Below, one piece after another: positions 35,398-45,961 of a stretch of 64,000 nt of DNA (its first letter is position 1; each line of letters opens with the position of its first letter). The notes beneath the pieces were generated by a model that searched no databases, had not been told where the DNA came from, and worked only from the letters and a program-made list of their open reading frames with translations. A program made the position numbers and the translations under genes. Source of the stretch: an uncultured Actinomycetota bacterium (lineage in GTDB: Bacteria > Actinomycetota > Thermoleophilia > RBG-16-64-13); the NCBI GenBank assembly GCA_963822135.1, contig CAWGGI010000004.1, forward strand, positions 32,812 through 96,811. The letters are read 5' to 3'.

Positions 35398-36102
35398 AAG
35401 CCGACCAGTTGTCTCCCAGCGCAGCCGCCTCGCTCGTACCTCTTTCTGCGCTCGGCGTGACCGGCCCGGTCTCGCAGCCCACCGGGGAGTAGTAGATCAT
35501 CCCGCAGTTCCTGCACCGGTATTGTTCGGTCTCGTTCACGATGACGAAGGGCCGGTTGGCCGTCGAGCATTCGGGACAGGACATGCTGCGCATCTCGCTG
35601 CTGGCGGTGGTCTGAGGGATCGGGGTGCTGCGGGCGGCCACCAGATACTGCCGGAGAACGGCTGGTCGACCAGCCTGGCGCGCAGCTTCTCCAGACGGTC
35701 CGCCGTGACGCCGGCGATCGTCCTGACCACCCGGTAGCCGATGTGGTTGTTGGCCTCGAACAACTGCCTCAGCTTCTCGCCGTCCAACACGACGATGGTC
35801 GCATCCTCCGTGACCCATATGGCGGCCTTGAACATCTGGTCGTTCAGCACCGCCGACCAGCCGAACACGCTGCCCGGCCCCAACTCGTCGATGAGCACCT
35901 CGTTGCCGTCGCGGCTGCTCATCCTAACCGCGACCCGACCTTCCTTCAGCATGTAGAGGGCCCCCGCGTTCGTGCCCTCCGCGATGACGCGCGAACCTGC
36001 GCCCCTCTTCTCGACGGTGCCCAGCTTGGCCACCTCTTCGAGCTCCCTATCGTTCAGCTGGTCGAACAAGTTGCAGCATCTCAGTTCGTCGACCGGGATC
36101 AT
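35378..36102 (-). CDS. Cyclic-nucleotide-binding (Crp effector-type) domain protein with C-terminal zinc ribbon; one frame change near 35650
   Basis: cNMP-binding fold (LFDQLNDRELEEVA..., AEGTNAGALYMLKEGRVAV..., GPGSVFGWSAV). Tail in another frame: CPECSTANRPFVIVNETEQYRCRNCG. Confidence 0.65.
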
Positions 36103-36162
36103 CTCTAGCACCTCCTGGCTCCCGGACGGGGAGAAGCTCACCCGTACCGCCCCGCGAGCCGA

Positions 36163-37629
36163 TCAACAGTTGCGCTTGATCGTCTTGATGAGCTCGCCGT
36201 TCTTGTACAGGGCGGCCTCGAGCGGCATCTTGCCCAGGCTGTGCGTGGCACAGCTGTAGCAGGGGTCGAAGGCCCGGAAGGCCATCTCGACCATGTTGAG
36301 GATGCCCTGGTCCGGCTCCACGCCGGGCTTGATCAGGGCCTGGGCCACCTTCTTGGTCACCATCTGGATGGGGGCGTTGTTGTTGGTGGTGCCGACGATG
36401 AGGTTGGCGCTGGTGCAGATGCCCCGTTCGTCGCAGGTGTAGTGGTGGGTGAGGGTGCCGCGCATGGCCTCGACGATGCCGACGCCCTCGCCGGTGATGC
36501 TGCTGCGGGATGACGCGGCACGCCCTCGCTGGTGATCTCCGGGTCGGCGCAGTAGCGCTGGAGCGTCTCGGCGTTCTGCACCATCTCCACGAGCCGGGCC
36601 CAGTGCTGCGCCAGCAGCGCCTTGCAGGGATGGCCGCCCAGGGTGCGTGAACATCTCCTCGAACGCCTCCTGGGCCTTGGGCGTGGCCATGCGGTCGGCC
36701 ACGTTGAGCCGGGCCAGAGGCGTGGCGCAGTACAGGCTCGAGTCGATGCCCTCCACGAAGCCCTTCCAGCCCCGCTTCTTCAGGTACGGGAACTTGAGGT
36801 AGGTCCAGGGCTCCACGTGCTCGGCCACGTACTCGGCGTAGTCTCTGGGCTCGTACTTGTAGATCTCGTGGCCCTCGAAGTCCACCACGCGGACCTTGCC
36901 GTCGTAGAAGTTGGGGGCGTTGTTCTCGTCGACCAGGCCCATGTTGTGGACGTCGAGGGTGTACGGGCCGTTGACGATGAGGTCGACGTAGGCCGGGTTG
37001 CCCAGGACCACGTCCCGGAAGAGCTGCAGGGAGAACTGGGCGAAATCGTACAGCTCGTCCACCCAGGGCTTGATCTGCTCGAGCTCTTCCGGCTTGAGCC
37101 CCTTGGACACGCCGCCCGGCAGGCACCAGATGCCTGGGTGGTCCGGCCGCCGAGGACGTGCTGGATCTCCTGCGCCAGGGCCCGCGCCCGGATGACCTTG
37201 CCGCCGATCTCCAGGCCCACCTTGGCCACCACCCCCAGGATGTTGCGCACCGCCGGGTCGGCGTCGGGACCGCAGACGAAGTCGGGCGCCGCCAGCGCGT
37301 AGAAGTGGGCGATGTGGCTGTGGATGTAGTGAGCGTTGTAGTACATGTCGCGCAGCTTGTGGGCCAGCGGCGGCCACCTCGTTGCCGAAGCAGCCGTCCA
37401 CGGCCTTGGCGCTGGCCATGTGGTGGCTGGCCGGGCACACGCCGCAGATGCGGGTGACGATGCGCGGCAGCTCCTCGATGGGCCGGCCCACGACGAAGCG
37501 CTCGAAGCCGCGCAGCTCGGGGATCTGGAAGAAGCAGTCCTCCACCGCCCCGTCGTCGTCGAGGAAGATCTCGATCTTGCCGTGGCCTTCGAGCCGGGTG
37601 ATGGGATCGATGGTGATCGTTCGCGTCAT
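36163..37629 (-). pseudogene. mvhA: [NiFe]-hydrogenase large subunit, group 3c (MvhA-like); about 5-6 frame changes
   Basis: MTRTITIDPITRLEGHGKIEI, N-terminal Ni-Fe motif RICGVCPASHH and C-terminal DPCYSCATH. Internal segments are in other frames (for example ORFs 36780..37346 and 36357..36590). Confidence 0.85.
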
Positions 37630-38602
37630 TGCGCGGTAGCTCCTTTGCAGCAGCGAGGCCGGCAGCCCGAAGCGGTAGGCGAAGCTCGATGAAGTCGGGC
37701 AGGCCGGCGAGGATCCGCGTCGATCTCTTCGGGATCCTTGCTGTCGATGATCGAGGCGACCGCGCTGGCGAGCTTGGCGCCCTGGTCGACCACTCCGGGC
37801 AGCGGGACCGTAGCAGCCGCGGCACGCCATGCTGCTGTTGGGGCAGCGCACGCCGCAGCCCGAGCGGGTCGCCGAGCCGCAGCAGAGGATCGCCCTGCTC
37901 GAGCAGGCAGCGTGTCGGGGTCCTGGATGATCTCGCCACGGGCGGTAGAAGTGCTTGACCTTCTTCTCGTTCTTGGTGCGCTGGCAGTCGTCGCAGAGCG
38001 CGCGCTCGGAGGCGCCGACCACCGAGCCTTTCGGCGGCAGCTCGCCCTTCACCACCGCCAGGAGCGCCGCCTTGACCTGGTCGGGTGCCGGCGGGCAGCC
38101 GGGCAGGTAGTAGTCGACGTCGACGACGTCGTCCAAGCTTGTAGACCCGCCGGTAGAAGCGCCGGGATCTCGAGAGCGTCAGCCGTCGACGGCGCTCTCC
38201 GGCTGCGGCACGGTGCCGTTGCCCGGCTCGATCGAGGGGTTGTCGAGGTAGGCCGTCTCGAAGATCTCGCTCCTCGGTGGTCAGGTTGGCCAGGCCGGGG
38301 ATGCCGCCCATGTGGGCGCAGGAGCCGAAGGCGACCAGCAGCTTGCTCTTCTGCCGCAGCAGCTTGGCGATGTGCTCGTTCTCGCTGTTGCGCACCGCGC
38401 CGTTGAAGAGGGTGAGGTCGAGCTCGCCGTCCGCCATGGCCTCGACGTCCGTGTACTTGCCGTCGACGGCGATGGGCCACAAGCGGATGTCGGCGACCGC
38501 CGCCACGTCGAGGATGAACTCGTTGGTGTCGAGCACCGCGACGTCGCAGCCGCCGCACGCCGCGCCCCAGTACAGGGCGATCTGGAGCTTCTTGGCGGCC
38601 AT
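37626..38602 (-). pseudogene. mvhG: [NiFe]-hydrogenase small subunit (MvhG-like); many frame changes; 3' end uncertain
   Basis: MAAKKLQIALYWGAACGGCDVAVLD, FGSCAHMGGIPG, YLPGCPPAP, CCGSATRSGCGVRCPNSSMACRGCYGP, recovered from several frames. Confidence 0.8.
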
Positions 38603-38605
38603 GGC

Positions 38606-39045
38606 TCACCTCTCCAGCCGCGTCTGGTCGCCAGCGTCGGTCCGTGATCGCGCTGCGGCCCCAGCGCCCGCACCCTCTCGGTCATGTCGTTGACGATGTC
38701 GGCGAACCGCTGGCCCTCGCTGGCGCTCACCCACTCGAGGCGCACGCGGGCCGTCCTCGACGCCGTAGTCGGCGAGCAGCGTCTTGAGCAGCGGGAAGCG
38801 CCGCATCGCCTTGTAGTTGCCCTCCGAGTAGTGGCAGTCGCCCGGATGGCAGCCGCAGATCAGCACCCCGTCGGCGCCTCCGCCAGGGCCTGCAGGACGA
38901 AGGTCGGGTCGATCCGGGCCGAGCACATGACCCGGATGACGCGGACGTTCGGCGGGTACTGGATGCGGCTGGTGCCGGCCAGGTCGGCGCCGGTGTACGA
39001 GCACCAGTTGCAGAGGAAGCCGACGATCTTCGGTTCGAAGCTCAT
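38606..39045 (-). pseudogene. mvhD: MvhD-like [2Fe-2S] subunit (methyl-viologen-reducing hydrogenase delta); about 3 frame changes
   Basis: [53 protein letters not shown]. The ATG at 39045 overlaps the hdrA stop (ATGA). Confidence 0.8.
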
Positions 39046-40795
39046 GCCAGCACCCCCTCGATCTGGGCGAAGATCTGCTCGTCGGTGAAGTGGCGCGCCT
39101 TGATGGCGCCGCGACGGGCAGGCGGCCACGCAGCGCGCCGCAGGCCTTGCAGAGCGGCGCTGATCACGTGACTGCGCTTCTTCTCGAGCGTCGTAACTCG
39201 ATGGCGCTGTAGGGGCACAGCTCGTTGCACATGCGGCACCCCGAGCAGCTGGTCCTCGTCGACCTCGGCGAAGACGCCGTCGATCTCGATCTTCCCCTTG
39301 GCGATCTTGCGCCAGGATGCGCGCCGCGGCGGCCCGCGCCTGGGCCACGCGTGTCGGGGATGTCCTTGGGCGCCGCGCAGGTGCCGGCGATGTAGATGCC
39401 GTCGGTGGTGGTGGCCACCGGGTCGAGCTTGGGGTGGCTCTCGATGAACCAGCCGTCCTTGTCCTGGCTGATGTTGACCAGCCGGGCGACCTCGCCCGGA
39501 GTCTTCGCGCGCCTCCATGCCCACCATCAGGATGACCAGGTCGGCCGGGATCTCGATCGTCTCCCCGGACAGCTTCTCGTTGACCTCGATCAGCATCTCG
39601 CAGTCGTCGCTCGGGCCCCGCCTTGCGGATGACCGGGTGCTCGTTCTTGCCGTACATCAGGAACATGGTCTTCACCTCCGAGCGTCGTCCGGTAGAAGTC
39701 CTCGCACCCCTTCCCGAAGGCGTGCATGTCGATGTAGAGGTCGTACACGTAGCAGCCGGGGATGGCGCGACTTGATCTCGTGGGCGTACTTGAGCGCGGT
39801 CATGCAGCAGACGCGCGAGCAGTAGCCGTGGAACTCCGTGCTGCGGCTGCCCACGCAGTGGATGATGGCCACGTACTGCGGCAGCCGTCCCGTCGCGGGT
39901 CTGCGATCCGCCCGGCCCGCAGCATCTGCTCGAACTCGAACGAGGTGATGACGTTGGGCAGCTTGCCGTAGCCGTAGTGGGTGACCCGGCGCGGCGTCGA
40001 ACTCCTTGTAGCCGGTGCCCACGACGACGTTGCCGACCTCGACCTGGCTGTCCGTGCGCCGTCGCCCTCGGTGCGTCTCGGACAGTGGCCGTGAAGTTGC
40101 CGACGAAGCCCGTCGAGCGCTTGCGAGCTCGGAGCGGAGCAGGACGCTCGATGCGCGGTGCTCCTGCACCCGGGCGATGCGCTCGGTGCAGCAGGTCGCG
40201 CGCCGAGTCGAGATGGGGCGCGGTGAGGTCGACGCGGGCCAGGTTGCCGCCGAGGCTGTCCGCTGCCTTCTCCACCAGCAGACCGGCTGCGCCGCCGTCG
40301 GCCAGCTCCAGCGCCGCGGTCAGCCCGCGCGATGCCGCCGCCGATGCACCAGCGTGCGTCGGGCACATCTCCACCGTGCAGCGTCTCCAGCGGCTCGTGC
40401 TTGGCGACGCGGCGCGATGGCCGCGCCGGTCAGCGCCATGGCCTTCTCGGTGGCGGCCCGGCGGTCGCTCGTGCACCCAGCTGCACTGCTCGCGGATGTT
40501 GGCCATCTCGCAAGAAGTACGGGTTGATGCCGCCGGTCTGCAGGCCGCCCGGAAGGTGGGCTCGTGCATGCGCGGGCTGCAGGCGGCGACCACCACCCGG
40601 TCGAGACCCTGCTCCTGGATGTCCTTGATGATCATCTCCTGGCCGGGGTTGGAGCACATGTACTTGTAGGAGCTGGCGCACCGCCACGCCGGGCATGCTC
40701 CGCGGCGGTCTCGCACGACGTCTCGCAGTCCACCACCTTGGCGATGTTGGTGCCGCAGTTGCAGACGATAGACGCCGATCCTGTGCTTCTTCCAT
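39042..40795 (-). pseudogene. hdrA: HdrA-like FAD/FeS flavoprotein, copy 2 (QmoB-like position); heavily frame-disrupted
   Basis: [112 protein letters not shown]-terminal ferredoxin [13 protein letters not shown] at 40795. Confidence 0.8.
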
Positions 40796-40806
40796 AGCTG
40801 ACCTCG

Positions 40807-41981
40807 TCACGCGTCAGCAGCGCCGCTGGCCGGCTGCGGGCCGCCCGCGGCCGCGGCGGCGCTGCATGGCCTCGAGCGCGTCGCGGTGATCGCCGCGAAG
40901 TACATGGCCAGCGGCCGGTAGGCCAGGTGCGACCACTTGCTGAAGGGCACCTCGAGCACGAGCATCGGGACCACCCCATCAGGTGCACGACGTAGGTGAT
41001 GTTGGCGGCCGCTCGAGGCCGGTGCGGTGCAGGACGTGCTGCACGACGCCGGTGACGGCCACGACGAGGAGCATGATCAGGAAGATCCAGTCCGACTCGT
41101 GGGAGTGCGTGTAGTGCGGCTCGGTCTTCCTGAGCCGGCCGCGCAGCGCGAAGATCGACGTCCCGCAGCAGGCCGACGCTGGCGACGTAGCCGAAGGCGT
41201 GGACCGCCAGTCGATCGTCGGGCCCCGCCTGCATCGTGCCAGGAAGAACATGATCAGGACCAGCATGGTCACGTAGCTGAGCATCAGCACCAGGTGGATG
41301 GCCCACGGCCGCTTCGTTCTCGCACTTGGCGTACCGCTTCTGGGTGAAGAAGTGCAGCGGCAGCAGGTAGAGCGCCTTGACGTAGCTAGCCAGACCGGCG
41401 CGTGCAGGTCGCTTGTTGCGGCCCGATCGTGAACCACCACATGCGGACGGCGTTGATGAGCAGCAGGACGCCAGAGCACGCCGGCCATGACCCAGTCGAA
41501 GACGTGGACGCGCGAGCTCGGCAGGAACGCCTGGGCGCCGTCGTAGGAGCCGGATGTCGCCGCCTGGCAGGAAGCCCGTAGGCAGGAAGCCCACGCCGGT
41601 GAGGAGGCGCCACCAGAAGCATGGCCGCGAGCTCGGCCTTCCAGGAGCGGTAGAACAGCGCGCGAGATGCCGGTGAAGTCGTAGCGCGAGGTCAGCCAGC
41701 GGCGCAGGCTCATCATGGTCTCGCCGGGCTCGGCGCCGCGCGGGCACTGCGTCGAGCACTGGCCGCAGTAGTAGCAGAGCCACGGCTCGAGGACCCCTCA
41801 TCAGCTTCTCCTCGAGCCCCATCTGCAGGTATGCGCATCGGACTTGCGGGGAAAGACGAAGGGCTCGTCGGAGTGGGGGCACACCGCCGAGCAGTTGCCG
41901 CAGTGGTAGCAGTTCTGGACGTCCTCGGCGCCGTAGCTCTCCAGCTCGTCGATCAGCTTCGGGATTGACTCGAATCGCCAT
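40807..41981 (-). pseudogene. QmoC/HdrE-like membrane protein: N-terminal 2x[4Fe-4S] domain plus C-terminal multi-TM His-containing (heme b-type) domain; frame-disrupted
   Basis: MAIRVNPKLIDELESYG...CYHCGNCSAVCP...YYCGQCSTQCP. TM segments follow (WAIHLVLMLSYVTMLVLIMFFL, DWIFLIMLLVVAVTGVVQHVLH, VVHLMGVVPMLVLEVPFSKWSHLAYRP). ATG at 41981 after GAGGAGG. Confidence 0.65.
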
Positions 41982-41992
41982 GTCTCGCCTCC

Positions 41993-43817
41993 TCAGCCAG
42001 TGCCTGGCCAGCGCGTGCGCGGCACGCGCCTCGATCTCGCTGAGCGACAGTGCTGCTCCGGCTGCCGAGCCCCCGCCCGCTGATGATGCTGCTGCAGCGC
42101 GCCGGCGGCGACCGCCGAGGCCTGCGCCACCGTGTCGGGGATGTCCTTGGGCGCCTGGCAGGCTCCCGGCGACGAAGATGCCGCCGCGCTCGGTGTCGGT
42201 CGGCTCGCAGTTGTAGTTCAGCTCGCTGAACCAGCCGTCCGCGTCGCGGCCGATACCGAGCATCTCGGCCAGGCGGTCGCTGTCCCTTGGCCGGCATCAA
42301 GCCCGACGGCCAGGATGACCATGTCGACCGGGAACTCGACCAGCCGGTCACTGACGATGTCCTCGCCCTTGACGATCATCTGGCCGTCGACCTCGGTCAC
42401 ACGTGGCGGTGCGGCCGCGGACCACGAGGCACCTTCCGCCTTGATGCGCTCCATGAACTCCTCGTAGCCCTTTCCGAAGGCCCGCATGTCGATGTAGAAC
42501 TCGTAGCAGGCGGCGTCGGGCAGCTTCTCCTTGACCAGGTGGGCGAACTTCAGCGAGTACATGCAGCAGACGCGCGAGCAGTAGGGGTTGTAGTTGCGCG
42601 TCCCGCGACCCGACGCAGTGGATGATGGCGACGCTGCGAGGAGGCTTCCCCTCGGGGTCCAGGACCCACTCGTCCATCTTGTGCGCTTGTTGGGCTTGCA
42701 GGGTCTTGGTGACGATCTTGCCGCCGGTGGGTCCGGAGGCGTTGGTCATCCGCTCGAACTCGAGCGCGGTGAGCACGTTCGGCAGCACGCCGTAGCCGTA
42801 GCGCTCGATCTTGGTGGCGTCGAACACGTCGTAGCCGGTGGCCAGGACGATGTTGCCCACCTCGAGCTCGACCATCTCGTCCTTCTGCGTCGAGGTCGAT
42901 GCACTCCTTGGGGCACTTCTTGGCGCAGGCGCCGCACTTCTTGCCGTCGCTCTCGAAGTACAGGCAGACTCTCGGGTCGACGAGGTAGGCGTTGGGCACC
43001 GCCTGCGGGAACGGGATGTAGATCGACTTGCGGGTGGCGATCCCCGAGTCGAACTCGCTCGAGGCCCGGCGACCGGGCAGATCTCGGTGCAGGCGTTGCA
43101 GGCGACGCAGGATTCGACGTCCACGCGCCGGGCCCTCTTGCGGACGCTGTACCTTGTAGTCCCCGGGAGACCCGCTGACGCCTTCGACCTCGCGAGTAGG
43201 TCATCAGGTCGATCATCTCGTGCTGCGCCCACCGCCACCATCTTGGGCGTCAGGATGCAGGCGGCGCAATCGAGCGTCGGGAAAGGTCTTGTCGAACATG
43301 GCCATGTGGCCGCCGATGGTGGCCGTGCGCTCGACGAGGTAGACCTGCTTGCCGGCGTCGGCGATCTCGAGAGCCGCCTGGATGCCGGCCACACCACCTC
43401 CGATGATCAGCGTGCCCGGACGGGTCGCCGTGGTGCCGGGCCGCGCCGCCAACGGGAATGGGACCCCGAGGACGGCGCAGGCGACTATCGCACTTGGCGT
43501 CTGGGTGCGCCCCCCATGGCGCCGTGCTCGCGGAACGAGGCCAGTCGGACCTCGTCGGGATCCCCGCCAGCAAGTGCCATGGCCCGCGTGAAGACCGGCT
43601 TGAAGAACCCGGGCGAATCGCCGGCGACGACGATCCTTTCGAGCCGGTCCTTCTTGATCGCCTCAGACAGTGCCGCCGGGTCCAACTTGGGCTGTACGCC
43701 CAGATTTCGTACCGTCTCCACGCTTGGCAGGTTCGACGCGTACGACTCGACCGAGTGCAGATTGATCCCCTCTTGAGCGTCTTCCCACCCCTGGACGATG
43801 AATACTCCGGTCCTCAT
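41993..43817 (-). pseudogene. hdrA: HdrA-like FAD flavoprotein, copy 1 (QmoA-like position), with a cysteine-less N-terminal domain; frame-disrupted
   Basis: LIIGGGVAGIQAALEIADAGKQVYLVE, FPTLDCAACILTPKM, ferredoxin insert [27 protein letters not shown]. The N-terminal 110 aa (ORF 43485..43817) align to the HdrA N-domain but lack its Cys residues. Confidence 0.75.
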
Positions 43818-43870
43818 ACTCCTCCCCTTTGGCGTTGAAGTGTGACGGACTTACGTAGTGGGTCGATGGG

Positions 43871-43902
43871 AACAAAAAGACCGGCCTGCAAGAGACCGGT
43901 CT
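43871..43902 (-). terminator. Rho-independent terminator (AGACCGG - 11 nt - CCGGTCT then TTTTTG on the minus strand)
   Basis: 7-bp stem at 43878-43884 / 43896-43902 with the U-tract from 43874-43878. It lies 56 nt upstream of the hdrA start and 345 nt downstream of the acsE stop. Confidence 0.55.
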
Positions 43903-44247
43903 GAGCAGAAGGATTGTGGGAAAGACGTGGGAGCGCGCAGAAACTCGAGGCCCCGACCGCCGGACGTCCCGGGGGACGCCCAGGGGACCCCCGCCCAAGC
44001 GTGGGCAAGAGAGCACCCATACCACTTTCGCCAGCCAATTTCTTCCCCCAGAAACTGACATAGCCTTTTCCCGCTTGCGCCACGCTAGCATCTTGCCCGT
44101 GTCCGAGGCAAGACAATCGCGGTATAGACCTTTCTCACGCCACGGCGCGCACCCTGGCGATCAGCCCCGAGTAGTCACCGGCCGCGCCGCCAAACAGCGG
44201 CGCGGCCGACGCTCCCTGTCGCCGCCGGCGCGCCGGCGGCACCTCTA

Positions 44248-45168
44248 TCAGGTGCGCAGGTACGAGTCGGTGAAGATCACCTTGTTCAGGAGCACCTGCA
44301 CCGTCTTCCACACATCCACCTGGTCGGGGTCGGACATGTCGACGTCCGAGGGCTCCAGTTCCTCCATGGCGGCAGTGCGATCGTGGAGCTTGAGGAGAAG
44401 AGAGCCGACCCCAGTCGAGTCGTCACGCTGCTCGACTATGCGTATGAACTCCATCAGCTTCTCGTCGAGCGGGTCGGCGATGGCGGTGTCGAGGCCGGCA
44501 GCCATGAGCATGACCAGATAGGTACGGTTGAGCAGGCTCCGCTTCTCCGCCGCCACCGTGTTGGACACGTTGCTCAGACCGATGGTGGTCATCGGCGCCG
44601 GATCCATGCCTTGCTTGACATAGCGGATGGCCTCGAGGGCGTGAGGGGCGTACTCTTGACAGCCGGCCACGGTCATCGCCAGGGGATCCAGATACAGCCT
44701 ATCCATGGGGATGCCGACCTCCATCGCCCGCGGGACCAGCTGGTCGATGGCGATGGAGACCCGTTCCTCGGCGGTCATGGGGATGCCGCTCTTGCCCATC
44801 ATGAGGGCGATGAGCCCCGCGTTGTACTCCGCGGCCACGGGAGGAACGCGTTCCAGGCGCTCAGGTTCCCCAGAGGTGGAGTTGACGATCCCCGGCTGTT
44901 TCAGGAGAGCCAGACCGGCCTTGATGGCCTCGAGGTTGGTGGTGTCGAGGGAGATGGTCACGTCGACCACCTCTTGGACGGCCGGCACCAACCACTCCAT
45001 CACCTGGGGTCCCTCCTTCTTCTGGGGACCCACGTTGAGGTCGAGGATCGTGGCGCCACTCTCGACCTGGGCCTTCGCCAAGCGCTGCACGGCCTCGGTG
45101 TCACGGTTGGCTATCGCTTCCTTGACCGCGGGAGCGATGATGTGGATGTTCTCACCGATGATCAGCAT
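44248..45168 (-). CDS. acsE: Methyltetrahydrofolate:corrinoid/iron-sulfur protein methyltransferase
   Basis: Pterin-binding (DHPS-like) TIM barrel: IIGENIH, ILDLNVG, SLDTTN, NSTSG, YLDPL, GLSNVS. Intact, 306 aa. Confidence 0.88.
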   Translation of the reverse strand: MLIIGENIHIIAPAVKEAIANRDTEAVQRLAKAQVESGATILDLNVGPQKKEGPQVMEWLVPAVQEVVDVTISLDTTNLEAIKAGLALLKQPGIVNSTSGEPERLERVPPVAAEYNAGLIALMMGKSGIPMTAEERVSIAIDQLVPRAMEVGIPMDRLYLDPLAMTVAGCQEYAPHALEAIRYVKQGMDPAPMTTIGLSNVSNTVAAEKRSLLNRTYLVMLMAAGLDTAIADPLDEKLMEFIRIVEQRDDSTGVGSLLLKLHDRTAAMEELEPSDVDMSDPDQVDVWKTVQVLLNKVIFTDSYLRT

Positions 45169-45183
45169 GGCTCCTCCTTGGCG

Positions 45184-45961
45184 CTAGGCACGATCGGGTA
45201 TACGCAGGCATTTCTGCAGGATGGCTTTGACGGCTGGATAGACGGCCGACGAATCGTCCAGGTCGATCAGGGGCCGGCCGGCGGCATCGTACGTACCGAT
45301 GTCGGGGTCCTGGGGAAGCAGGCCGAGGAGCGGAACCCCCAGCGCTTCGGCGCGGGCGAGGAACTCCGGAGGCAACTCGCCGGAGACCCGGTTGACGATG
45401 AGACCGGAGTGGCCGATACGGGTGCCCAACGAGTCCACGAGCCGCACGATCTGCTCGGCGGCCGCCAGGCCTCGCTGGGAAGGGTCGCTGATGATGAACA
45501 GCCAGTCGACATCGCGCGTGGTCTGCCGGCTGATGTGCTCCATGCCGGCCTCGTTGTCGATGACCACGCTTCGATAGTTGTCGCCCAGACGGTCGATGGC
45601 CGAGCGAAGCATGTGGTTGGCGGCGCAGTAGCAGCCCGGTCCTTCCGGCCTGCCCATGGCCAGCAGATCGACGTCGTGTCCCTCGACCACGCACTGCTCC
45701 ACCTGATACTGGAACCAGTCGGGCTTGGAGATGCCCTGCTGGAACGTGCCCGCCCGTGACCTGGTCGCGCGTGTCCTCGCGGATCTGGCCGACCGTCTCG
45801 CCCAGGTCCATCCCCAGGGCCATGTTCAGATTCGAGGCCGGATCGGCGTCGATGGCCAGGACCGGGGTGAGCCCGACCTCGAGCAGGTACTTCATCGCGA
45901 GTGCGGCGAAGGTGGTCTTGCCGGTGCCACCCTTGCCGACGATCGCCAGGGTCTCGGTCAT
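45184..45961 (-). CDS. cooC: CooC-type nickel-insertion ATPase (CODH/ACS accessory); one frame change near 45740
   Basis: Deviant Walker A GKGGTGKTT, DADPASN, metal-binding CYC in GPGCYCAANH. The ATG at 45961 overlaps the upstream stop (ATGA). Confidence 0.85.

Noticed and set aside
36047-38602. 851-aa and 657-aa ORFs that seem to fuse the [NiFe] small and large subunits into giant proteins
   Set aside because: Only short stretches of each ORF are hydrogenase-like; the rest is frame-shifted nonsense. The real genes, mvhG and mvhA, are recovered by switching frames, and mvhA has its own RBS and ATG at 37629.
43940-44040. ZTP (pfl-motif) riboswitch, suggested by GGCTGGCGAAAG and CCCCTGGGCG strings on the minus strand
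   Set aside because: I could not build the required P1/P2 helices or the pseudoknot register around these strings. The similarity is limited to two short GC-rich words that are expected by chance at this GC content. It needs an Infernal scan before any claim.
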